From assembly GCF_009914755.1 (NCBI RefSeq), contig NC_060927.1: a stretch of 64,000 nt of DNA; one strand, written 5' to 3'. This document shows positions 1 to 14,732 of this stretch, piece after piece. Under the pieces are notes generated by a model, which searched no databases, had not been told where the DNA came from, and worked only from the letters and a program-made list of their open reading frames with translations. Both the position numbers and the translations under genes were made by a program. Within the stretch, counting starts at the first letter, position 1, and each line of letters starts with the position of its first letter. Source of the stretch: the human T2T-CHM13v2.0 reference genome, Homo sapiens.

Positions 1-3000
1 ATATATATTTTATTCTGTACATAAAATATCAAAGTACACCAGATATATATTCTATAGTGTACATAAAATATCAAAGTACCCAAACTATACATTATATACT
101 GTACATAAAATATGAAATTACAGCAAATATATATTATATTAGGTACATAAAATATGAAAGTACATCAAATATAGATTATATACTGTACATTAAATACCAA
201 AGTACCCCAAATATATATTTTATACTGTACATGAAATATCAAAGTTCACAAACTATATATTATATACTGTACATAAAATATCAATGTACCCAAGGTATAT
301 ATTCTATACTGCACAAAAAATATCAAAGTACCCAAAGCATGTATTATATACTGTATATAAAATATGAAAGTACATCAAATATATATTTTATTCTGTACAT
401 AAAATATCAAAGTACACCAGATATATATTCTATAGTGTACATAAAATATCAAAGTACCCAAACTATACATTATATACTGTACATAAAATATGAAATTACA
501 TCAAATATATATTATATTAGGTACATAAAATACGAAAGTACATCAAATATAGATTATATACTGTACATAAAATATCAAAGTACCCCAATATATATTATAT
601 ACTGTACATGAAATATCAAAGTTCACAAACTATATATTATGTACTGTACATAAAATATCAAAGTACCCAAGGTATATATTCTATACTGTACAAAAAATAT
701 CAAAGTACCCAAAGCATGTATTATATAATGTACGTAAAATATGAAAGTACATCAAATATATATTTTATTCTGTACATAAAATATCAAAGAACACCAGATA
801 TATATTCTATAGTGTACATAAAATATCAAAGTACCCAAACTATACATTATATACTATACATAAAATATGAAATTACATCATATATATATTAGGTACATAA
901 AATATGAAAGTACATCAAATATATATTTTATTCTGTACATAAAATATCAAAGTACACCAGATATATATTCTATAGTGTACATAAAATAACAAAGTACACA
1001 AACTATAAATTATATACTGTACATAAAATATGAAATTACATCAAATATATATTAGGTACATAAAATATGAAAGTACATCAAATATAGATTATATACTGTA
1101 CATATAATATCAATGTACCCGAAATATATATTTTATACTCTACATGAAATATCAAAGTTCACAAACCATATATTGTATACTGCACATAAAATATCAAAAT
1201 ACCCAAGGTATATATTCTATACTGTACAAAAAATATCAAAGTACCCAAAGCATGTATTATATACTGTACATAAAATATGAAAGTACATCAAATATATATT
1301 TTATTCTGTACATAAAATATCAAAGTACACCACATATATATTCTGTAGTGTACATAAAATATCAAAGTACCCAAACTATATATTACATACAGTACATAAA
1401 ATATGAAATTACATCAAATATGTATTATATTAGGTACATAAAATATGAAAGTACATCAAATATAGATTATATACCATACATAAAATATCAAAGTACCCCA
1501 AATATATATTATATACTATACATGAAATATCAAATATCACAAACTATATATTATATACTGTACATAAAATATCAAAGTACCCAATGTATATATTCTATAG
1601 TGTACAAAAAATATCAAAGTACCCAAAGCATGTATTATATACTGTACATAAAATATAAAAGTACATCAAATATATATTTTATTCTGTACATAAAATATGA
1701 AAGTACACCAGATATATATTCTATAGTGTACATAAAATATCAAAGTACCCAAACTATACATTATATACTGTACATAAAATATGAAATTACATCAAATATA
1801 TATTATATTAGGTACTTAAAATATGAAAGTACATCAAATATAGATTATATACTGTACATAAAATATCAAAGTACCACAAATATATATTATATACTGTACA
1901 TGAAATATCAAAGTTCACAACTATATATTATATACTGTACATAAAATATCAAAGTCCCCAAGGTATATATTCTATACTGTACAAAAAATATCAAAGTACA
2001 CAAAGCATGTATTATATAATGTACATAAAATATGAAATTACATCAAATATATATTATATTAGGTACATAAAATATGAAAGTACATCAAATATAGATTATA
2101 TACTGTACATAAAATATCAAAGTACCCCAAATATATATTATATACTGTACATGTAATATCAAAGTTCACAACTATATATTACATACTGTACATAAAATAT
2201 CAAAGTACCCAAGGTATATATTCTATACTGTACAAAAAATATCAAAGTACCCAAAGCATGTATTATATACTGTACATAAAATATGAAAGTACATCAAATA
2301 TATATTTTATTCTGTACATAAAATATCAAAGTACACCAGATATATATTCTATAGTGTATATAAAATATCAAAGTACCCAAACTATACATTATATACTGTA
2401 CATAAAATATGAAATTACATCAAATATATATTATATTAGGTACATAAAATATGAAAGTACATGAAGTATAGATTATATACTGTACATAAAATATCAAAGT
2501 ACCCCAAATTTATATTATATACTATACATGAAATATCAAAGTTCACAAACTATATATTATATACTGTACATAAAATATCAAAGTACCCAAGGTATATATT
2601 CTATAGTGTACAAAAAATATCAAAGTACCCAAAGCATATATTATATACCGTACATAAAATATAAAATTACATCAAATATATATTTTATTCTGTACATAAA
2701 ATATCAAAGTACACCAGATATATATTCTATAGAGTACATAAAATATCAAAGTACCCAAACTATACATTACATACTGTACATAAAATATGAAATTACATCA
2801 AATATATATTATAATAGGTACATAAAATATGAAAGTACATCAAATATAGATTACATACTGTACATTAAATACGAAAGTACCCCAAATATATATTTTATAC
2901 TGTACATGAAATATCAAAGTACCCAAGGTATATATTCTATACTGTACAAAAAATATCAAAGTACCCAAAGCATGTATTACAAACTGTACATAAAATATGA

Positions 3001-6000
3001 AAGTCCATCAAATATATATTTTATTCTGTACATAGAATATCAAAGTACACCAGATATATATTCTATAGTGAACATAAAATATCAAAGTACCCAAACTATA
3101 CATTATATACTGTACATAAAATATGAAATTACATCAAATATATATTATATTAGGTACATAAAATATGAAAGTACATCAAATATAGATTATATACTGTACA
3201 TTAAGTACCAAAGTACCCCAAATATATATTTTATACTGTACATGAAATATCAAAGTTCACAAACTATATATTATATACTGTACATAAAATATGAAAGTAC
3301 CCAAGGTATATACTCTATACTGTACAAAAAATATCAAAGTACCCAAAGCATGTATTATATACTGTACATAAAGTAAGAAAGTACATCAAATATATATTTT
3401 ATTCTGTACATAAAATATCAAGGTACACCAGATATATATTCTATAGTGTACATAAAATATCAAAGTACCCAAACTATAAATTATATACTGTACATAAAAT
3501 ATGAAATTACATCAAATATATATTATATTAGGTACATAAAATATGAAAGTACATCAAATATAGATTATATACTCTACATTAAATACCAAAGTACCCCAAA
3601 TATATGTTTTATACTGTACATGAAATATCAAAGTTCACAAAGTATATATTATATACTGTACCTAAAATATCAAAGTACCCAAGGTATATATTGTATACTG
3701 TACAAAAGATATCAAAGTACCCAAAGCATGTATTATATACTGTACATAAAATATGAAAGTACATCATATACATATTTTATTCTGTACATAAAATATTAAA
3801 GTACGCCAGATATATATTCTATAGTGTACATAAAATATCAAAGTACCCAAACTATACATTATATACTGTACATAAAATATGAAATTACATCAAATATATA
3901 TTAAGTACATAAAATATGAAAGTACATCAAATATAGATTATATACTGTACATAAAATATCAATGTACACCAAATATATATTATATACTCTACATGAAATA
4001 TCAAAGTTCACAAACTATATATTATATACTGTCCATAAAATATCAAAGTACCCAAGGTATATATTCTATACTGTACAAAAAATATCAAAGTAAACAAAGC
4101 ATGTATTATATACTGTACCTAAAATATGAAAGTACATCAAATATATATTTTATTCTGTACCTAAAATATCAAAGTACACCAGATATATATTCTATAGTGT
4201 ATATAAAATATCAAAGTACCCAAACTATACATTATATACTGTACATAAAATATGAAATTACATCAAATATATATTATATTAGGTACATAAAATATGAAAG
4301 TACATGAAGTATAGATTATATACTGTACATAAAATATCAAAGTACCCCAAATTTATATTATATACTATACATGAAATATCAAAGTTCACAAACTATATAT
4401 TATATACTGTACATAAAATATCAAAGTACCCAAGGTATATATTCTATAGTGTACAAAAAATATCAAAGTACGCAAAGCATGTATTATATACCGTACATAA
4501 AATATGAAATTACATCAAATATATATTTTATTCTGTACATAAAATATCAAAGTACACCAGATATATATACTATAGTGTACATAAAATATCAAAGTACCCA
4601 AACTATACATTATACACTGCACATAAAATATGAAATTACATCAAATATATATTAGGTACATAAAATATGAAAGTACATCAAATATAGATTATATACTGTA
4701 AATATAATATCAATGTACCCCAAATATATATTTTATACTCTACATGAAATATCAAAGTTCACAAACCATATATTATATACTGTACATAAAATATCAAAGT
4801 ACCCAAGGTATATATTCTATAATGTACAAAAAATATCAAAGTACCCAAAGCATGTATTATATACTGTACATAAAATATGAAAGTACATCAAATATATATT
4901 TTATTCTGTACATAAAATATCAAAGTACACCAGATATATATTCTATAGTGTACATAAAATATCAAAGTACCCAAACTATACATTATATACTGTACATAAA
5001 ATATGAAATTACATCAAATATATATTATATTAGGTACATGAAATTTGAAAGTACATCAAATATAGATTATATACTGTACATTAAATACCAAGGTACCCCA
5101 AATATATATTTTATACTGTACATGAAATATCAAAGTTCACAAACTATATATTATATACTGTACATAAAATATCAATGTACCCAAGGTATATATTCTATAC
5201 TGCACAAAAAATATCAAAGTACCCAAAGCATGTATTATATACTGTATATAAAATATGAAAGTACATCAAATATATATTTTATTCTGTACATAAAATATCA
5301 AAGTACACCAGATATATATTCTATAGTGTACATAAAATAACAAAGTACACAAACTATAAATTATATACTGTACATAAAATATGAAATTACATCAAATATA
5401 TATTAGGCACATAAAATATGAAAGTACATCAAATATAGATTATATACTGTACATATAATATCAATGTACCCGAAATATATATTTTATACTCTACATGAAA
5501 TATCAAAGTGCACAAACCATATATTGTATACTGCACATAAAATATCAAAATACCCAAGGTATATATTCTATACTGTACAAAAAATATCAAAGTACCCAAA
5601 GCAGGTATTATATACTGTAAATAAAATATGAAAGTACATCAAATATATATTTTATTCTGTACATAAAATATCAAAGTACACCAGATATATATTCTATAGC
5701 GTACATAAAATATCAAAGTACACAAACTGTACATTATATACTGTATATAAAATATGAAATTAAATCAAATATATATTATATTAGGTACATAAAATATGAA
5801 AGTACATCAAATATAGATTATATACTGTACATTAAATACCAAAGTACCCCAAATATATATTTTATACTGTACATGAAATTTCAAAGTTCACAAACTATAT
5901 ATTATATACTGTACATAAAATATCAAAGTACCCAAGGTATATATTCTATAGTGTACAAAAAATATCAAAGTACCCAAAGCATGTATTATATACCGTACAT

Positions 6001-6700
6001 AAAATATAAAATTACATCAAATATATATTTTATTCTGTACATAAAATATCAAAGTACACCAGATATATATACTATAGTGTACATAAAATATCAAAGTACC
6101 CAAACTATACATTATACACTGTACATAAAATATGAAATTACATCAAATATATATTAGGTACATAAAATATGAAAGTACATCAAATATAGATTATATACTG
6201 TAAATATAATATCAATGTACCCCAAATATATATTTTATTCTCTATATGAAATATCAAAGTTCACAAACCATATATTATATACTGTACATAAAATATCAAA
6301 GTACCAAAGGTATATATTCTATACTGTACAAAAAATATCAAAGTACCCAAAGCATGTATTATATACTGTACATAAAATATGAAAGTACATCAAATATATA
6401 TTTTATTCTGTACATAAAATATCAAAGTACACCAGATATATATTCTATAGTGTACATAAAATATCAAAGTACCCAAACTATACATTATATACTGTACATA
6501 AAATATGAAATTACATCAAATATATATTATATTAGGTACATGAAATATGAAAGTACATCAAATATAGATTATATACTGTACATAAAATATGAAAGTACCC
6601 CAAATATATATTATATACTCTACATGAAATATCAAAGTTCACAAACTATATATTATATACTGTACATAAAATATCAAAGTACCCAAGGTATATATTCTAT
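1..6700 (+). repeat. Near-identical long duplication, copy 1 (partner at +23689)
   Basis: Identical ORF translations at constant offset: 608/24297, 1144/24833, 2528/26217, 3879/27568, 4744/28433, 5873/29562. Rare variants are shared (gtccccaagg, catgtaatatc, aagtaagaaag, taaacaaagc, attaggcac). Confidence 0.95.
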
Positions 6701-9700
6701 AGTGTACAAAAAATATCAAAGTACCCAAAGCATGTATTATATACCGTACATAAAATATAAAATTACATCAAATATATATTTTATTCTGTACATAAAATAT
6801 CAAAGTACACCAGATATATATACTATAGTGTACATAAAATATCAAAGTACCCAAACTATACATTATACACTGTACATAAAATATGAAATTACATCAAATA
6901 TATATTAGGTACATAAAATATGAAAGTACATCAAATATAGATTATATACTGTAAATATAATATCAATGTACCCCAAATATATATTTTATACTCTACATGA
7001 AATATCAAAGTTCACAAACCATATATTATATACTGTACATAAAATATCAAAGTACCCAAGGTATATATTCTATACTGTGCAAAAAATATCAAAGTACCCA
7101 AAGCATGTATGATATACTGTATATAAAATATGAAAGTACATCAAATATATATTTTATTCTGTACATAAAATGTCAAAGTACACCAGATATATATTCTATA
7201 GTGTACATAAAATATCAAAGTACCCAAACTATACATTATATACTGTACATAAAACATGAAATTACATCAAATATATATTAAGTACATAAAATATGAAAGT
7301 ACATCAAATATAGATTATATAGTGTACATAAAATATCAATGTACACCAAATATATATTATATACTCTACATGAAATATCAAAGTTCACAAACTATATATT
7401 ATATACTGTCCATAAAATATCAAAGTACCCAAGGTATATATTTTATACTGTACAAAAAATATCAAAGTACCCAAAGCATGTATTATATACTATACCTAAA
7501 ATATGAAAGTACATCAAATATATATTTTATTCTGTACATAAAATATCAAAGTACACCAGATATATATTCTACAGTGTATATAAAATATCAAAGTACCCAA
7601 ACTATACATTATATACTGTACATAAAATATGAAATTACATCAAATATATATTATATTAGGTACATAAAATATGAAAGTACATGAAGTATAGATTATATAC
7701 TGTACATAAAATATCAAAGTACCCCAAATTTATATTATATACTATACATGAAATATCAAAGTTCACAAACTATATATTATATACTGTACATAAAATATCA
7801 AAGTACCCAAGGTATATATTCTATAGTGTACAAAAAATATCAAAGTACCCAAAGCATGTATTATATACCGTATGTAAAATATAAAATTACATCAAATATA
7901 TATTTTATTCTGTACATAAAATATCAAAGTACACCAGATATATATACTATAGTGTACATAAAATAACAAAGTACCCAAACTATACATTATACACTGCACA
8001 TAAAATATGAAATTACATCTAATATATATTAGGTACATAAAATATGAAAGTACATCAAATATAGATTATATACTGTAAATATAATATCAATGTACCCCAA
8101 ATATATATTTTATACTCTACATGAAATATCAAAGTTCACAAACCATATATTATATACTGTACATAAAATATCAAAGTACCCAAGGTATATATTCTATACT
8201 GTACAAAAAATATCAAAGTACCCAAAGCATGTATTATATACTGTACATAAAATATGAAAGTACATCAAATATATATTTTATTCTGTACATAAAATATCAA
8301 AGTACACCAGATATATATTCTAAAGTGTACATAAAATAACAAAGTACACAAACTATAAATTATATCCTGTACATAAAATATGAAATTACATCAAATATAT
8401 ATTAGGTACATAAAATATGAAAGTACATCAAATATAGATTATATACTGTACATTAAGTACCAAAGTACACCAAATATATATTTTATTCTGTACATAAAAT
8501 ATCAAAGTACACCAGATATATATTCTATAGTGTACATAAAATATCAAAGTACCCAAACTATACATTATATACTGTACATAAAATATGAAATTACAGCAAA
8601 TATATATTATATTAGGTAAATGAAATATGAAAGTACATCAAATATAGATTATATACTGTACATAAAATATGAAAGTACCCCAAATATATATTATATACTC
8701 TACATGAAATATCAAAGTTCACAAATTATATATTATATACTGTACATAAAATATCAAAGTACCCAAGGTATATATTCTATACTGTACAAAAAATATCAAA
8801 GTATCCAAAGCATGTATTATATACTGTATATAAAATATGAAAGTACATCAAATATATATTTTATTCTGTACATAAAATATCAAAGTACACCAGATATATA
8901 TTCTATAGTGTACATAAAATATCAAAGTACCCAAACTATACATTATATACTGTACATAAAATATGAAATTACAGCAAATATATATTATATTAGGTACATA
9001 AAATATGAAAGTACATCAAATATAGATTATATACTGTACATTAAATACCAAAGTACCCCAAATATATATTTTATACTGTACATGAAATATCAAAGTTCAC
9101 AAATTATATATTATATACTGTACATAAAATATCAATGTACCCAAGGTATATATTCTATACTGCACAAAAAATATCAAAGTACCCAAAGCATGTATTATAT
9201 ACTGTATATAAAATATGAAAGTACATCAAATATATATTTTATTCTGTACATAAAATATCAAAGTACACCAGATATATATTCTATAGTGTACATAAAATAT
9301 CAAAGTACCCAAACTATACATTATATACTGTACATAAAATATGAAATTACATCAAATATATATTATATTAGGTACATAAAATACGAAAGTACATCAAATA
9401 TAGATTATATACTGTACATAAAATATGAAAGTACCCCTATATATATTATATACTCAACATGAAATATCAAAGTTTACAAACTATATATTATGTACTGTAC
9501 ATAAAATATCAAAGTACCCAAGGTATATATTCTATACTGTACAAAAAATATCAAAGTACCCAAAGCATGTATTATATAATGTACATAAAATATGAAAGTA
9601 CATCAAATATATATTTTATTCTGTACATAAAATATCAAAGAACACCAGATATATATTCTATAGTGTACATAAAATATCAAAGTACCCAAACTATACATTA

Positions 9701-12700
9701 TATACTGTACATAAAATATGAAATTACATCAAATATATATTATATTAGGTACATAAAATATGAAAGTACATCAAATATAGATTATATACTGTAAATATAA
9801 TATCAATGTACCCCAAATATATATTTTATACTCTACATGAAATATCAAAGTTCACAAACCATATATTATATACTGTACATAAAATATCAAAGTACCCAAG
9901 GTATATATTCTATACTGTACAAAAAATATCAAAGTACCCAAAGCATGTATTATATACTATACCTAAAATATGAAAGTACATCAAATATATATTTTATTCT
10001 GTACATAAAATATCAAAGTACACCAGATATATATTCTACAGTGTACATAAAATATCAAAGTACCCAAACTATACATTATATACTGTACATAAAATATGAA
10101 ATTACATCAAATATATATTATATTAGGTACATAAAATACGAAAGTACATCAAATATAGATTATATACTGTACATAAAATATCAAAGTACCCCAATATATA
10201 TTATATACTGTACATGAAATATCAAAGTTCACAAACTATATATTATGTACTGTACATAAAATATCAAAGTACCCAAGGTATATATTCTATACTGTACAAA
10301 AAATATCAAAGTACCCAAAGCATGTATTATATAATGTACATAAAATATGAAAGTACATCAAATATATATTTTATTCTGTACATAAAATATCAAAGTACAC
10401 CAGATATATATTCTATAGCGTACATAAAATATCAAAGTACACAAACTATACATTATATACTGTACATAAAATATGAAATTACATCAAATATATATTATAT
10501 TAGGTAAATGAAATATGAAAGTACATCAAATATAGATTATATACTGTACATAAAATATGAAAGTACCCCAAATATATATTATATACTCTACATGAAATAT
10601 CAAAGTTCACAAACTATATATTATATACTGTACATAAAATATCAAAGTACCCAAGGTATATATTCTATACTGTACAAAAAATATCAAAGTATCCAAAGCA
10701 TGTATTATATACTGTATATAAAATATGAAAGTACATCAAATATATATTTTATTCTGTACATAAAATATCAAAGTACACCAGATATATATTCTATAGCGTA
10801 CATAAAATATCAAAGTACACAAACTATACATTATATACTGTACATAAAATATGAAATTACATCAAATATATATTATATTAGGTACATAAAATATGAAAGT
10901 ACATCAAATATAGATTATATACTGTAAATATAATATCAATGTACCCCAAATATATATTTTATACTCTACATGAAATATCAAAGTTCACAAACCATATATT
11001 ATATACTGTACATAAAATATCAAAGTACCCAAGGTATATATTCTATACCGTACAAAAAATATCAAAGTACCCAAAGCATGTATTATATACTGTACATAAA
11101 ATATGAAAGTACATCAAATATATATTTTATTCTGTACATAAAATATCAAAGTACACCAGATATATATTCTATAGTGTACATAAAATATCAAAGTACCCAA
11201 ACTATACATTATATACTGTACATAAAATATGAAATTACATCAAATATATATTATATTAGGTAAATGAAATATGAAAGTACATCAAATATAGATTGTATAC
11301 TGTACATAAAATATGAAAGTACCCCAAATATATATTATATACTCTACATGAAATATCAAAGTTCACAAACTATATATTATATACTGTACATAAAATATCA
11401 AAGTACCCAAGTTATATATTCTATACTGTACAAAAAATATCAAAGTATCCAAAGCATGTATTATATACTGTATATAAAATATGAAAGTACATCAAATATA
11501 TATTTTATTCTGTACATAAAATATCAAAGTACACCAGATATATATTCTATAGTGTACATAAAATATCAAAGTACCCAAACTATACATTATATACTGTACA
11601 TAAAATATGAATTACAGCAAATATATATTATATTAGGTACATAAAATATGAAAGTACATCAAATATAGATTATATACTCTACATTAAATACCAAAGTACC
11701 CCAAATATATATTTTATACTGTACATGAAATATCAAAGTTCACAAACTATATATTATATACTGTACATAAAATATCAATATACCCAAGGTATATATTCTA
11801 TACTGCACAAAAAATATCAAAGTACCCAAAGCATGTATTATATACTGTATATAAAATATGAAAGTACATCAAATATATATTTTATTCTGTACATAAAATA
11901 TCAAAGTACACCAGATATATATTCTATAGTGTACATAAAATATCAAAGTACCCAAACTATACATTATATACTGTACATAAAATATGAAATTACATCAAAT
12001 ATATATTATATTAGGTACATAAAATACGAAAGTACATCAAATATAGATTATATACTGTACATAAAATATGAAAGTACCCCAATATATATTATATACTCTA
12101 CATGAAATATCAAAGTTCACAAACTATATATTATGTACTGTACATAAAATATCAAACTACCCAAGGTATATATTCTATACTGTACAAAAAATATCAAAGT
12201 ACCCAAAGCATGTATTATATAATGTACATAAAATATCAAAGTACATCAAATATATATTTTATTCTGTACATAAAATATCAAAGAACACCAGATATATATT
12301 CTATAGTGTACATAAAATATCAAAGTACCCAAACTATACATTATATACTGTACATAAAATATGAAATTACATCAAATATATATTATATTAGGTACATAAA
12401 ATATGAAAGTACATCAAATATAGATTATATACTGTAAATATAATATCAATGTACCCCAAATATATATTTTATACTCTACATGAAATATCAAAGTTCACAA
12501 ACCATATATTATATACTGTACATAAAATATCAAAGTACCCAAGGTATATATTCTATACTGTACAAAAAATATCAAAGTACCCAAAGCATGTATTATATAC
12601 TGTATATAAAATATGAAAGTACATCAAATATATATTTTATTCTGTACATAAAATATCAAAGTACACCAGATATATATTCTATAGTGTACATAAAATAACA

Positions 12701-14354
12701 AAGTACACAAACTATAAATTATATCCTGTACATAAAATATGAAATTACATCAAATATATATTAGGTACATAAAATATGAAAGTACATCAAATATAGATTA
12801 TATACTGTACATTAAGTACCAAAGTACACCAAATATATATTTTATTCTGTACATAAAATATCAAAGTACACCAGATATATATTCTATAGTGTACATAAAA
12901 TATCAAAGTACCCAAACTATACATTATATACTGTACATAAAATATGAAATTACATCAAATATATATTATATTAGGTAAATGAAATATGAAAGTACATCAA
13001 ATATAGATTATATACTGTACATAAAATAGCAAAGTACCCCAAATATATATTATATACTGTACATGAAATATCAAAGTTCACAAACTATATATTATGTACT
13101 GTACATAAAATATCAAAGTACCCAAGGTATATATTCTATACTGTACAAAAAATATCAAAGTACCCAAAGCATGTATTATATAATGTACATAAAATATGAA
13201 AGTACATCAAATATATATTTTATTCTGTACATAAAATATCAAAGAACACCAGATATATATTCTATAGTGTACATAAAATATCAAAGTACCCAAACTATAC
13301 ATTATATACTGTACATAAAATATGAAATTACATCATATATATATTAGGTACATAAAATATGAAAGTACATCAAATATATATTTTATTCTGTACATAAAAT
13401 ATCAAAGTACACCAGATATATATTCTATAGTGTACATAAAATAACAAAGTACACAAACTATAAATTATATACTGTACATAAAATATGAAATTACATCAAA
13501 TATATATTAGGTACATAAAATATGAAAGTACATCAAATATAGATTATATACTGTACATATAATATAAATGTACCCGAAATATATATTTTATACTCTACAT
13601 GAAATATCAAAGTTCACAAACCATATATTGTATACTGCACATAAAATATCAAAATACCCAAGGTATATATTCTATACTGTACAAAAAATATCAAAGTACC
13701 CAAAGCAGGTATTATATACTGTACATAAAATATGAAAGTACATCAAATATATATTTTATTCTGTACATAAAATATCAAAGTACACCAGATATATATTCTA
13801 TAGCGTACATAAAATATCAAAGTACACAAACTATACATTATATACTGTACATAAAATATGAAATTACATCAAATATATATTATATTAGGTACATAAAAGA
13901 TGAAAGTACATCAAATATAGATTATATACTGTAAATATAATATCAATGTACCCCAAATATATATTTTATACTCTACATGAAATATCAAAGTTCACAAACC
14001 ATATATTATATACTGTACATAAAATATCAAAGTACCCAAGGTATATATTCTATACTGTACAAAAAATATCAAAGTATCCAAAGCATGTATTATATACTGT
14101 ATATAAAATATGAAAGTACATCAAATATATATTTTATTCTGTATATAAAATATCAAAGTACACCAGATATATATTCTATAGCGTACATAAAATATCAAAG
14201 TACACAAACTATACATTATATACTGTACATAAAATATGAAATTACATCAAATATATATTATATTAGGTACATAAAATATGAAAGTACATCAAATATAGAT
14301 TATATACTGTAAATATAATATCAATGTACCCCAAATATATATTTTATACTCTAC

Positions 14355-14732
14355 ATGAAATATCAAAGTTCACAAACCATATATTATATACTGTACATAA
14401 AATATCAAAGTACCCAAGGTATATATTCTATACTGTACAAAAAATATCAAAGTACCCAAAGCATGTATTATATACTGTACATAAAATATGAAAGTACATC
14501 AAATATATATTTTATTCTGTACATAAAATATCAAAGTACACCAGATATATATTCTATAGTGTACATAAAATATCAAAGTACCCAAACTATACATTATATA
14601 CTGTACATAAAATATGAAATTACATCAAATATATATTATATTAGGTAAATGAAATATGAAAGTACATCAAATATAGATTATATACTGTACATAAAATATG
14701 AAAGTACCCCAAATATATATTATATACTCTAC
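14355..14732 (+). repeat. Representative canonical 378-bp 9-mer HOR (M1-M9); about 170 HOR-equivalents in the window
   Basis: The landmark atgaaatatcaaagttcacaaac recurs at 13599, 13977, 14355, 14733 and 15111 (378-bp spacing). Nine distinguishable monomers appear in fixed order: ttcacaaac, cccaaggta, cccaaagca, catcaaatatatattttattc, caccagata, cccaaactatac, gaaattaca..attagg, aaatatagatt, ccccaaata. Confidence 0.97.

Noticed and set aside
345-361. Hairpin ttatatac-t-gtatataa as terminator or structured RNA
   Set aside because: AT-rich stem with a minimal loop, low stability, arising from the general near-dyad character of the monomer.
352-364. TATA-box-like TATATAAAA and forkhead-like GTAAATA motifs
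   Set aside because: Expected by chance in 80% AT repeats, present only as HOR variants, and with no promoter context.
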